A DNA stretch of 64,000 nucleotides from Eledone cirrhosa (lineage: Eukaryota): the NCBI GenBank assembly GCA_964016885.1, contig OZ024743.1, positions 87,234,001 to 87,298,000 of the forward strand, read 5' to 3'. This document shows, in pieces, positions 26,953-38,966 of the stretch; the first letter of the stretch is position 1; each line of letters starts with the position of its first letter. The notes under the pieces are model-generated. The model searched no databases. It worked only from the letters and a program-made list of their open reading frames with translations, and was not told where the DNA came from. The translations under genes were made by a program, and so were the position numbers.

Positions 26953-28182
26953 TATACACACACACACACACATTATATATATATGGAGGCACATGGTTTA
27001 GTGGTTAGAGCATTGGCCTTGCAATCAAAAGGTTGTGAGTTCAATTCTCAGACCGGGTGATGCGTAAAATGAAATGATGAAAATGAAATGATATATATAG
27101 TGAAGGCTTAGTGGCTAGAGTGTCGGGCTTACAATTGGGAGGTTGTGAGTTCGATTTTCGGACTTTCTGTTGTGTTCTTGAGCAAGACTCTTTATTTCAC
27201 GTTGCTCCAGTTTACTCAGGTGTAGAAATGAGTTGCGAAGTCACTGGTACCAAGCTGTAGAGGCCATTGCCTTTCCCTTGGACAACATTGGTGGTATGAA
27301 GTGGGGAGAATGGTATACTTAGGTAACTGCTGGTCTTTCACAAACAAACCTTGTCCAGGGAGGGAAACTTTCTAGGTGAAAAACCATGGTTATTAGTATC
27401 CGATGGGGTTCTTAAGAAATATATATATATATATATATGTCCTCGGGTACTCAATATAATGTTGTATCATGAAAATAATCATCACTGTCTCTGCTTAATG
27501 TTTTTTTTCCATGCTGGCATCGATGTACTGAGGTTAGACTGACCAGGTAACAATTTTTGCTCATATGCTCTGTTTTGGGCTTGGTTTCTATGGTTGGGTG
27601 CCCTTCCTCATACTAACCACTTTACAATTTGTAATGGGGGAATTTTATCATGATTCCAGCATTACCACCTTACAGGGTAGACCGAGTGCTTTTAGTCATG
27701 GACCAACACTATCACCTTACAGTGTGGATTAGGTGCTTTTGATCATGGTACCAACACTGCTCCTTAACAGGGTAGATTGGGTACATTTTGTTGTGGTACC
27801 AGCACTACTGCCTTACAGCTGGATGTGTGATGTTAATATGCATGAATGACGAAGCATAGATGAGCTGAGAGAAAAACTGAGCATAAGAAGAATCAGATGT
27901 GTACAGGAGAGAAGATTGCAGTAGTATAGAAATCTAATGCATATGGAGAGAAGTATCAGGAGCTGAAAGCGGAAGGAAGCAGAAAAAGAGGAAAATCAAG
28001 AATGACATGGGCAGTAGTGGTGAAAGCTCACCTCACTAAGGAGATGACAAAAGAAAGAAACAAGTGAAGAGATGCTGTACTGGAGAAGACTCATCTATCT
28101 GATACAAGCATGGAAAAACAAACATGATGATGATGATGATGAAATGACACAACATATGGAAAGAATGAAATCATCATTTAAT

Positions 28183-29103
28183 GTCTGTAGAAACAGTAGA
28201 CAGCTTCTGCTACCTAGGTGACCGAATTAGCAACGGAGGTGGGTGCTCAGAAAGTACAATAACTAGGGTAAGAACGGGATGGAAGAAGTTTAGGGAACTA
28301 CTACCACTGCTAGCGGCAAAAGGCTTCTCCCTCAGAATGAAAGGCAGACTGTATGATGCGTGTATCCGAACAGCGATGTTGCATGGTAGTGAGACCTGGG
28401 CGCTGAAGGTGGAAGACTTACGTAGATTAGAGAGAAACGAAGCCTGCATGCTCCGATGGATGTGTAACAGTAATATACGTGAACGACAAAGCATAAATGA
28501 ATTGAGAGAGAGACTGAGCATAAGAGGAATCAAATGCTGCGTGCAGGAGAGGCGGTTACGCTGGTATGGACATGTGATGCGTATGAAGGATGACAGCTGC
28601 ATAAAAAGGTGCAGAGCACTAGAAGTTGATGGAAACCGCGGAGTGGGGAGACCCAAGATGACTTGGGATGAGGTGATAAAAGCCGACCTTACCCAACTAC
28701 ACCTCTCAAAGTCAATGACACACGACCGTGACTTCTGGCGTCACGCAGTAATACAGGGTACCCGACCTCCCATGGGTACATGCTGAAGCATATAAACAAT
28801 ATGCCCCCCCCCCCCCCCCCCCCCCCACCGCAAGGTGGTCGTGGAGGTGCCACGGCAAAAAAGCACCCAGCCCACACTGTAAAGTGGACGTGTAGGCGCC
28901 ACGAAAAAGCACCCAGCACTCACTGTAAATGAGGTTGGTGTTAGGAAGGGCATCCAGCTGTAGAAATCAAGCCAGATCAGTTCCTGTATGAGCAAGGCAT
29001 GGTCAGCCGACCAGACACTGCCCACAACAGGACAACCCGTCTAACCCATGCTAGCGTGGAAGAACGGACGTAAAACGGTGATGATGATGATGATGATGAT
29101 GAT
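28183..29103 (+). mobile_element. 5'-truncated RTE LINE
   Basis: ORF 28181..28786 is the RTE C-terminus; 3'UTR and (GAT)n tail. Confidence 0.92.
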
Positions 29104-29305
29104 ATACCATGCTTAAATGGGTTAGAGAGGCTGTCACTTTATGAGGCTAGACAGGTTAGGTGACTACGCCTTGCTTTACATTTTCTTTTTGGTTTGGTTT
29201 TCTATGACTAAATGCCCTTCCTAATGCTAACCACATTTCAGGGTGTACAGAGAGAGCTTTTGTCATTGGCACAAGTATGACCATCTTACAGGGTGGACAG
29301 GATGC

Positions 29306-29428
29306 TTTTTGTTGTGGCATTCACAGCAGCAACTTCAGTTATACTCATTATATATTATTTATTTTTTATTTATAAATAATATATAATGAGTATAACTGAA
29401 GTTGCTGCTGTGAATGCCACAACAAAAA
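29306..29428. repeat. perfect palindrome, 57-bp arms, 9-nt loop
   Basis: 29306-29362 is the reverse complement of 29372-29428. Confidence 0.9.
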
Positions 29429-29500
29429 TATATATATATATACAAGGTGTCCCAAATATTTATTAGAATGCTGTTGAAGTGTGTATATATTTGTGACTCC

Positions 29501-29532
<32 letters not shown>

Positions 29533-29947
29533 CATCATCATCATCATTTCATTTTACGTCCGCTTTTTCCCTGCTTGCAAGGGTGGGACGGGAACTGATT
29601 CTGGCTTGATTTCTACAGCTGGATGCCCTTCCTAACACCAACCTCATTTACAGTGAGTGCTGGGTGCTTTTTTGCCGTGGCACCTCCACGACCACTTTGC
29701 AGTGGAATGATATGGACCCCAGTCCAATCATCTCATTTCTACAGCTGAGTAAACTGGAGCAATGTGAAATAAAGTATCTTGCTCAAGGAAACAACACATC
29801 ACCCGGTCTGAGAATTGAACTCACAACCTTTCGATTGCAAGGCCAATGCTCTAACCACTAAGCCATGTGCCTCCATATATATAGAAAGAGAGAGAGAGAA
29901 ATATCTCTTTCCTAAGACCAAATGAAAGAAAGAGAGGTGTGTCTTAC

Positions 29948-30108
29948 CTGGTTGTTTGAGTTTTTCTTCTAATTCTTCCAATGTAGCCACCTCCTGTTCT
30001 TTTGGTGAGTGAATGACCATCATAGTAGAACCAAGAATGGCCAAAGCACACCCAATCTTGCCCAATAGATTCAGATGTTCCTTTAATACCCTGGAGGCCA
30101 GTAATGCA
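29948..30108 (-). CDS. NIPA2: NIPA2-like, coding exon 4 (161 nt)
   Basis: aacag|...|gtaaga; [40 protein letters not shown]...QP; phases match neighbouring exons. Confidence 0.95.
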
Positions 30109-30159
30109 CTGTTAAATAGGAAGTTGGAAGGGTTGGTAGATTAATAGGTCAATAGATTG

Positions 30160-30183
<24 letters not shown>

Positions 30184-30191
<8 letters not shown>

Positions 30192-30860
30192 TAAAATAAC
30201 AGATTAAAGTTTAAGCAAAGAATCGCTGCTTTCACCCTTAACGGGATCTTCTGAAACTAACAAAGTCAATCTGTAAACGCAGTACTGGATATTTCAAAAA
30301 ACGTTGCAACCGGAGGACTGTAGCGGAGATTCATTCGGTCTCCTAGTTAGAATTTTAGTCTACAACTTCTGCTATACCATTTACGTGGTTTTGTCTTTGC
30401 GTGCTATTGTTCTCCACGCTCCACATATGACTTATTATCTTCGTTTTTTCGTTCATTGCCAGAGAACGTCTCTATGCACCACTTAGAGAACATTAGTCTA
30501 CGACCTCTTTTATACCATGAACGTGGTTCTGTCTTTGCGTGTAATTGTTTTTCACAGCTCCTATTAATGACGTATTATTCGTTTTTTCCCGTTCTTTGCC
30601 AGCGAACGTCACCATGAACCAAAGTATCATCTTCCTGTCTTCCTCCGGTTGCAACGTTTTTTGAAATATCCAGTACTGCGTTTACAGATTGACTTTGTTA
30701 GTTTCAGAAGATCCCGTTAAGGGTGAAAGCAGCGATTCTTTGCTTAAACTTTAATCTGTTATTTTAATAAATATTTGCTCTTCGGTTCTTATATATTTGA
30801 TATATATTTTCCTTATCGAGCCCTCTTTGGATTTTAGTCTTCAATTTTATTATTATTACT
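30184..30860 (+). mobile_element. ORF-less fold-back pLTR element with 134-bp perfect inverted arms
   Basis: 30184-30317 = reverse complement of 30641-30774; internal ~140-bp tandem duplication; hammerhead-like fold at 30700-30750; (TA)n on both sides. Confidence 0.75.
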
Positions 30861-30916
30861 ATATATATATATATACGATATTAAACAAATGGAAACTATA
30901 TTTATAAAACCATATT

Positions 30917-30982
30917 TATTTCATTATACATATTTCGGGGATACCATATTAAAAATATGGCATGCCTTCTTCAGATAAAATA
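30917..30982 (-). ncRNA. type I hammerhead ribozyme in 3' pLTR
   Basis: reverse complement of 34728-34793. Confidence 0.75.
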
Positions 30983-32607
30983 CAATATATAAACAGTTTT
31001 ATAAATAATTTTGATGTACCATAAATATTGAGCAGCCTTTATGTAAGAAGCTGGTTTGGTAGTGAGATGTTTATAAATATTTAGTGTTAAGCACAGTTAA
31101 AAAGAAAGACGGAGAAAAAGAAGAAATGTATGTAAAGAAAAACAGAGAGAAATAGAGAGAGATAGGGGAGAGAGAAATAGTGAGGAGGTGAAAAAAGAGA
31201 GGCAGCTGAGGCAACAGATGAATAATAATAATTCATCATACAAATTGAGAGATTTAGGAGGGAGGGAGTACTGTAATTATTTAGTTATAGTGTTAAGGAC
31301 AGTTGGGGAGGAGACGGAGAGAAATAAAAAATAAAAAATGAAGAGAAAACAGAGAGAGAGAAAGATAGAGGTGGGAGGAAAAAAGAGGTAGACCAAATAA
31401 TAATAATTATATATGGGGAGGTGAGAGAAATAAGAGAGAAACTCGAGAGGCAAAGTTAAAATAACCGATACATAGACTTCATCATATATAAAGAGGGAGG
31501 AGAAGAAAAAGCTATATCTAGAGAGAGGGATGATAGATTTACATCTTTACGTTATGTCCTATCAATTTGAATTATCAATTCATATGAATTGGGTAATATA
31601 ATGTAAATATCAATATTCATGAATGAGACAGATATATAATGTGTGAAAAATAATGACCATATGTTTAGTTTAAAATTCTGAGGTCGATGTACCAAAACTG
31701 AGATAAAACTTCAAAAAATACGGAAATATATAAGTATATACATACACATGCAAATGCACTTTCCGGAAAAGGAAAGAAAGAGAAAAAGAGAAGGTCATCT
31801 TAAGTTCTAGTTGATACTATAGACATACCCATGATCTTACGTGATCAACTCTGTAATTTCTTGTTTCACAGAAAAAAATGTTTTCCCTTGTGTTACAAAA
31901 GATTTTACTATATATATATACATAAAAAAAATATTAATATTCTTGCCCTCACATACATGATTATCATTCATGTATAGAATATTATGCATATCTGTAACAT
32001 ATCCAGAACTATACCCACACATACATATATATATATATATGTATGCACACATATATGTACATGGGCAGATAAAATAAACAGATAAAATAAAATATACTCT
32101 GTAATCATTCCATATGCATATTAATACATATGGCCTTTGTACAGAGACAACCAGATATCAATATATCAGCACAGAGATATCAAAACGTTAAAAATATTTT
32201 CATCACTCCCTAGAGTATCTCGGGCCGTAAAAAACACAGTATGCCCCCCATATCAACCACAGAAATCTACCCTTCCAATTTATCTGACAATATATTACCA
32301 AGTTCATTAGAAGCAATCAGAATCAAAAAGCAAACAAAAAAAACAAAAATTATTCAACAAAACTTATTTAGCAGAAATCATTTAAAGGATTTATGAGACC
32401 CTGTTGTTCTACGGATGCTCTTATATTTAGTATAGAAGTTTATCTAGAGTAAAATTTATTCAATAGATTGGGAGCATCTACATTTTAGGGTAGTTTAATT
32501 ACATCATTAGTATATATTTATGAAGAAGGTTTAAAAGAAAAAGTCGAAGGAATCGAAAGATTTATCGTCAGGTTTCATACATTAATTAAATATCTTAATT
32601 AATTATA

Positions 32608-34343
32608 CTACATTTTAAATTTATATTTATATTTAAACGTTGAGTTCAATCTATGTCTGCAGCAACTGAATAAATTGCTCCTTAAATTAAGGGAATTTTT
32701 GGATTTTAATATAAAGAATATCTCCTCCACACAGAGGTCACATGTCTCAGATGAGGAATTAAAAGGAATCCCTCTTGAGACAATATTCCAAAACATCGAA
32801 TACCCAACGTTATCATGTTTAAGTTGCCAGAGTAAGCCTGATAGTGAAGTTGAAGATTTTTTGTTTGGATCTGTGAAAGAATTCTTATGATTATTGTAGC
32901 GAAGTTTAAATTCTGTCGAGGTGGAACCAACATAGTTAAAAGAATTTAAGTTAGTTTTAACATTACAATTGTATATTATATTTTTAACTAAGCAATTGTT
33001 ATTTAACGGACATTTAGATTTATTTCTACAGTTACAGTTGTTTAATTGAATATTGTTTTGGCTATTATCGGTATTTTGGCTAGGTTTTAGATTCCTATTA
33101 TTTATTCTGTTAATATTTTGTGCTAAATTTTTGGTGGACGAGTAAGTTAATTTTATAGTATGTCTATTAAAAATTGAGTGATATTTATGTGTTCTAGGGA
33201 AGCGTTTGTCAAGAGCATTAAAAAATAGTTTAGCAATGTGGGTTTTAATATTTAGTGAGAAAGGGGGGCAAACCATATTATATTTCTAGTTCTATTTCTT
33301 TTCCGGCTTTTGGAATTATTGTAATGTTTTCTATTATAGTTGTTAAAGTTGTTACCGTAATTAAAATTGTTATTATTTTGGTTAGTTTGCCTATTATTAT
33401 CGATGTACTTAATTTTATCACTATATCCTGCTCTAGCTAACGCTTCATTGTAATACTGCGCTTTTTCGTCGAAAATATTTTTATTAGATAAAATTCCTGA
33501 GATACGTTCTTGAACAGAGTTCACTATAGTATTTTTAACAGATCTGGGGTGATTAGAGTTAAAATTGACATAATTCAAGTTTTCATTTAGTTTGTGAAAT
33601 GGATAGTGAAGACATGTGTTGAGATTTAGTGTTACATCTAGGAAATTGACTATTCTATGGTTATTCTCTATTTCTATTTTTAGATTAAGGTAATTAAAAA
33701 ATTGTATAATTTGTTTTCTTTTTCTATTTAGTTCAGAGTTATTATTTTCAATAAGTAAAAGCATGTCATCACGATATAATCCTCCGGTTACACCAGGTAT
33801 TTTTCTATGCAGCGAATTAATTATAAATAAGCCCACAAGGTCGGTTACCTGAGCTGAGTCAGATGATCCCATAGTAATGTCGAAATTATTATCTTTATCT
33901 GCCCTAGTCCATAGTTGGTTATTAAATTCTATCAATGTTTTCCTTGCCGATAATATAATGTGCATTTCATTGCTAGTTAGGTCTGTATGTTTGAATGCGT
34001 AATTTAATGCCTTATTCAGTAGATTAGGGGTAATAGATGAATAGTAGTTAGCAATATCTAGTTGAATAAATTTATTATTGTTATATTTAATTTCTTTAAA
34101 CCACTCAATAACCTCACCAGTCCCCTTCCATAAGTTTAAGTTAGGTAAATTATGTAAGTTTTTAATTTGCTGTATCACCCTGTCTAGAATGTTTTTGCTA
34201 AGTTTACCGAGGTCAGATTTTGATGGTGCAATCAATCTGACTGGCAAATCATTTTCAAAATTTCTTTTGTGATCTTTCATATTGATCTTGGGTTTCCTAG
34301 GCAAGAAGGGTTGTGTTTTGTTCTCAATGTCCAACTCATGCAT
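32608..34343 (-). pseudogene. Penelope-like RT-GIY-YIG ORF, one frameshift at ~33265
   Basis: LDIANYYSSI, DITMGSSDSAQVTDLVG, GLYRDD, FLDVTL; then CNC..CPL..CL, NIIY...YVGST, CDLC, CCRH. Confidence 0.9.
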
Positions 34344-34727
34344 TATACAAGATGCCTCAACATTCTCTTCATTTTTTATTTTTTATTTCTCTCCGTCTCC
34401 TCCCCAACTGTCCTTAACACTATAACTAAATAATTACAGTACTCCCTCCCTCCTAAATCTCTCAATTTGTATGATGAATTATTATTATTCATCTGTTGCC
34501 TCAGCTGCCTCTCTTTTTTCACCTCCTCACTATTTCTCTCTCCCCTATCTCTCTCTATTTCTCTCTGTTTTTCTTTACATACATTTCTTCTTTTTCTCCG
34601 TCTTTCTTTTTAACTGTGCTTAACACTAAATATTTATAAACATCTCACTACCAAACCAGCTTCTTACATAAAGGCTGCTCAATATTTATGGTACGTCAAA
34701 ATTATTTATAAAACTGTTTATATATTG

Positions 34728-34793
34728 TATTTTATCTGAAGAAGGCATGCCATATTTTTAATATGGTATCCCCGAAATATGTATAATGAAATA
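34728..34793 (+). ncRNA. type I hammerhead ribozyme in inverted 5' pLTR
   Basis: tattttat-CTGAAGA-aggcatgccatatt/ttt/aatatggtatcccc-GAAA-tatgtATA-atgaaata; 8-bp stem I. Confidence 0.75.
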
Positions 34794-34907
34794 AATATGG
34801 TTTTATAAATATAGTTTCCATTTGTTTAATATCGTATATCTACTCCAAAACTTGTCGAGTGCTTTATATCAGTTATAAAATATTTACTTGTTGTAACCCA
34901 ACATCTA

Positions 34908-37900
34908 TTTTGTTAGAGATGCCTACTGGCTGTAGTAGGTTTTACTATGTATTTAGGTAAAGCGGGTCTTCTCTGTTACTGAGTACCGCCAAAGGTCTCG
35001 GTCCAGTGACATTGTCTTGGAGAGGTGTAAGTGTGTGAGGTCGGAGTTTATCAGCTCGTCCCAGGTTTTTCTAGGTCTGCCTATTCCGTGGCTACCGTCT
35101 ATCTTTATTGCCCTGCACTTTGTTATACAGCTATCGACTTTCATGCGCATCACGTGTCCATACCAACGTAGCCTTCTCTCGAGTAAACAACATCTGATCC
35201 CTCTTATTTCTAATTTTTTCCTTAGTTCGTTTATGCTTTGCCGTTCACGTATATTACTATTGCACATCCAGCGGAGCATGCAAGCTTCGTTCCTCTCTAG
35301 TCTGCGTATATCCTCTGCACACAATGCCCAGGTCTCACTGCCATGCAACATTGCTGTTCGTATGCAGGCATCGTACAACCTGCCTTTCATTTTCAGGGAG
35401 AACCCTTTAGCAGCTAATAGTGGTATAAGCTCTCTGAACTTTTTCCAACCAGTTCTGACTCTAGCTACTGTACTTTCAGAGCACCCTCCCCCACTGCTGA
35501 TTTTATCACCCAGGTAACGGAAGCTGTCCACTATTTCTATAGAACCCTCTGCGCAATTGAAAGAGCTAGTATTTTGTGGGCACTTGCTGCTACTTATTGC
35601 ACCAGAGCACCGGCCACATGTAAAATCTGTGTTCTTAGTTAGCTTACCTGTGATCCCACTACCTCTTTTATGCACCCATACTTTGCATTTAGGACATAAA
35701 ATGGAGTTTCTACCTACGCCTTTCCTACACACCGAGCACGACCATTTCCCAGAAGGGACCGCCGCCTTATTTTCTTTCCTACAAACTAGAACTTTAGTCT
35801 TAGCCAGGTTAATTTTAAGTCCTTTTGATTCTAGGCCGTGCTTCCATGTTTGGAATTTCTTCTCTAGCTTGGCCATTGATTCCGCTATGAGTGTCAGGTC
35901 GTCTGCGTATAGGAGTTCCCATGGGCAGCCGGTCTTGAACTCCTCTGTTATAGCCTGAAGGGCAATAATAAATAGTAGGGGGCTGAGAACAGAGCCCTGA
36001 TGGACGCCAACTTTTACGCTAAACTCTTCACTATATTCGTTGTTAATTCTAACCTTGCTGTCTGTTTCTTTATACATGGCTTGTATAGCTCTCACAAGCC
36101 ATTCGTCAACGCCTAGTTTTCTAAGAGCCCACCAGATAATGGAGCGGGGGACTCTGTCGAAGGCTTTCTCCAAGTCGACAAAAGCTAAGTAGAGGGGTTT
36201 ACCTTTAGCTAGGTACTTCTCCTGTAGTTGTCGTACAATGAAAAGAGCGTCTGTGGTACTTTTGCCTGACACAAACCCCGAACTGCATTTCATCTAGGTC
36301 AATTCTCTCTCTGATTAGTTGTGCTATTACTTTTTCCGTGACCTTCATGACCTGGTCGATTAATTTAATGCCTCTATAGTTACTCCTATCTAGGGCGTCT
36401 CCTTTACCCTTATAACAGTTAACGATGATGCTGCTATGCCAGTCCTTCGGAACAACCCCATTCTGTACGACTTGGTTAACTATGCGGGTGACCATGGTGT
36501 GTCCCACCGTGCCAGATGCCTTCAGCATCTCAGCAACTATTTCCGAAGGCCCAGCCGCCTTACCCGTCTTCATATCCTTGATTACCTTACTTATTATACT
36601 CCCCTCGACTAACACTGCTGGTCCCTCTATTGGGTCAATATGGGGGAGACTGTCTTTCTCCCATTTATTCTCCTCATTTAGTAGCCTTTCATAGTGACAC
36701 TTCCAAGCTACCTTCTTATCAGCGTCGGTGATGGCAAGTATGCCATCATCGTTAAGTACACACTTCTCCCCGACAATATCACGGTTTTCCTTGACGCATT
36801 GCCTAGCAATCCTGAACACCTCACGTTTCTGGTCCTCGCGTTGTAGAACATGCTTGAACTTTCTTTCCTCAGCTTCCCTTCTTGCTAAGTACACTTGTCT
36901 CCTAGCTTCCCTCCTGGCCACTTGATAGTCTTCTCTACTTCCCCCATCCCACCATACTTTCCAAGCCTGCTTTTTGGCCTTAATTGACCCCTCCACCTTA
37001 CTGTTCCACCACCATGTTACTCTCCTCCTGCCTACAGGCCTGCTCCAGCCACAGACTTCGTCTGTCGCCATCAGCAGGTTTGCTTTCAGAAATTCCCACT
37101 GTCCCTCTATATTGTCCGACTCTAAATGTTCTTCCTTACTGTCGAAAGCATCAAGTAATATGCTTTGAAATTTATTTCTGGCTGTGGGGTCCTTTAGCTT
37201 CCATATTTTTCTCCTGAGGATAGTCCTCTTCTGCTGTCGAGTACGTCTCGTCCTGACTATGAGGTCGCTAATTATCAGTCTATGTTGGGAGGTGCATTCT
37301 TCATGGGGGAGGGATTTAGTGTTTACAACAGACACTCTGTCACGTCTTCTGGTAAGGATATAATCTACCTGGCTTGTGTGTTCCCTGGATCTATAGGTGA
37401 TCAGGTGATTGTCACGTTTTTTGAAGTTAGTGTTACAGATAGTTAGGTTATTTGCATCACAGAATTCCAGGATTCTGGAGCCTTCCTCATTTCTAGTACC
37501 AAACCCATAGCCTCCATGGATTTCGTCGTAGCCGTCACAATGTTGTCCAACGTGACCATTTAGGTCGCCTGCAATAATTATATAGTCACTGTCGGATATT
37601 TGGGAGGTAGTTAGCATCAGTGTCTCATAGAATCTATCTTTTATAGTGCCGGGCAGTCCGGATTGGGGTGCGTACGCAGATATTACTGTCACCGTAGTTC
37701 TATTGAGGACAAGTCGTATTTTAATTATTCTGTCGTTCACTCTATTTACGTCTATTATCTTATCTGCCCACTTTTCTGCTACCATGATTCCTACTCCACC
37801 CAGCCCATCGTCGTTTCCCACCCAGAAAAGCTTATAACATCGTTTATTACCCTCAATGAATCTAGCAGACCCACCCCTCCACCTGGTCTCTTGAATACAA

Positions 37901-38004
37901 CAAACATCGACCTCCTTACGTTCAAGCATTTCTACAACCTCGTTAGCGCGACCCTTTAGGGTGCCTACATTTATGGTACCAACTCTGAAGTTTTGGATTT
38001 GCAT
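34908..38004 (-). mobile_element. near-full-length RTE LINE (APE + RT + PHD), one frameshift, 3' tail missing
   Basis: ORFs 36205..38004 (APE: CIQETRW, GDLNGH, SQH) and 34953..36293 (DLEKAFD, QGSVLSP, YADD); extra C at ~36277. Confidence 0.96.
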
Positions 38005-38080
38005 ATATATATATATATATAAAAGACGTAAAATAAGAAAATTTTAAAAATTAAAAATTAACTTACTTACTAAAATTTTC

Positions 38081-38162
38081 ACTCCAACTAATTAGTTTCT
38101 GTAATGGGATAAAGATAGTTACGCAATGTAACCATCGAGAATTCATTACGTCATCAGGGAGT
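38081..38162 (-). ncRNA. type I hammerhead ribozyme (left arm, sense to the NIPA2 pre-mRNA)
   Basis: reverse complement of 38665-38745 with one extra base in the stem II insert. Confidence 0.75.
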
Positions 38163-38664
38163 CTATTCTCAGCTAAGTCTCCAGGCAATGCGTGGACACT
38201 AGGGACTCATATAAAAATAATAATTCGGTGGATGGAACAGCTAGCGGGGATTGAATTCCATAGCACTGAAAAAGTTCACTGTCTCTGGTCAAATGGCAGA
38301 TTCTAAAGAATCAATCACGTGACACTGAGGCTAGTCAGAAGGAGTGGGATGGTATAATGACAAAAGCCTACTACTACTACAATGAGTATTTATCTCCAAA
38401 TTATTTATTTGTTGAGCAAACTTGCCAAATCCACTACTAATTCGTTGTAGTAGTAGTAGGCTTTTGTCATTATACCATCCCACTCCTTCTGACTAGCCTC
38501 AGTGTCACGTGATTGATTCTTTAGAATCTGCCATTTGACCAGAGACAGTGAACTTTTTCAGTGCTATGGAATTCAGTCCCCGCTAGCTATTCCATCCACC
38601 GAATTATTATTTTTATATGAGTTCCTAGTGTCCGCGCATTGCCTGGAGACTTAGCTGAGAATAG

Positions 38665-38745
38665 ACTCCCTGATGACGTAATGAATTCTCGATGGTTACA
38701 TTGCGTAACTATCTTTATCCATTACAGAAACTAATTAGTTGGAGT
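38665..38745 (+). ncRNA. type I hammerhead ribozyme (right arm)
   Basis: actcc-CTGATGA-cgtaatg...cattaca-GAAA-ctaattaGTT-ggagt; palindromic stem III. Confidence 0.8.
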
Positions 38746-38913
38746 GAAAATTTTAGTAAGTTAATTTTTAATTTTTAAAATTTTCTTATTTTACGTCTTT
38801 CATATAATTGTTCTGCATCCTCCTGCATTGAACCACCTAGGTACTATGACATAACTTATGTATTTGTTAGCATTAGTGTACATCTGTACGCATATGTTGG
38901 TAAATATACTAAT

Positions 38914-38964
<51 letters not shown>

Positions 38965-38966
<2 letters not shown>

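Larger units (their letters stand above)
30871..34900 (-). mobile_element. Penelope-like retroelement (RT + GIY-YIG), 5'-truncated, with 477-bp inverted pLTRs
   Basis: arms 30871-31347 and 34363-34839 are near-identical reverse complements flanking ORFs 33252..34343 and 32608..33276. Confidence 0.93.
38021..38800. mobile_element. ORF-less fold-back element: ~360-bp inverted arms, ~60-nt spacer, hammerhead in each arm
   Basis: 38021-38382 vs 38445-38800 are reverse complements with few mismatches; (TA)n immediately left and ~130 nt to the right. Confidence 0.85.

Noticed and set aside
22695-33270. Programmed frameshift at the W-x-x-PP-F motif, where both Penelope ORFs break
   Set aside because: The indels are in C homopolymers and go in opposite directions (+1 at ~22700, -1 at ~33265), pointing to slippage or sequencing error
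32608-34343. Selenoprotein-type Penelope ORF
   Set aside because: No in-frame TGA in the visible ORFs and no SECIS recognisable by eye
35017-35958. Plus-strand ORFs overlapping RTE elements (also 45313-47293, 14474-14872)
   Set aside because: Antisense shadows of the LINE ORF
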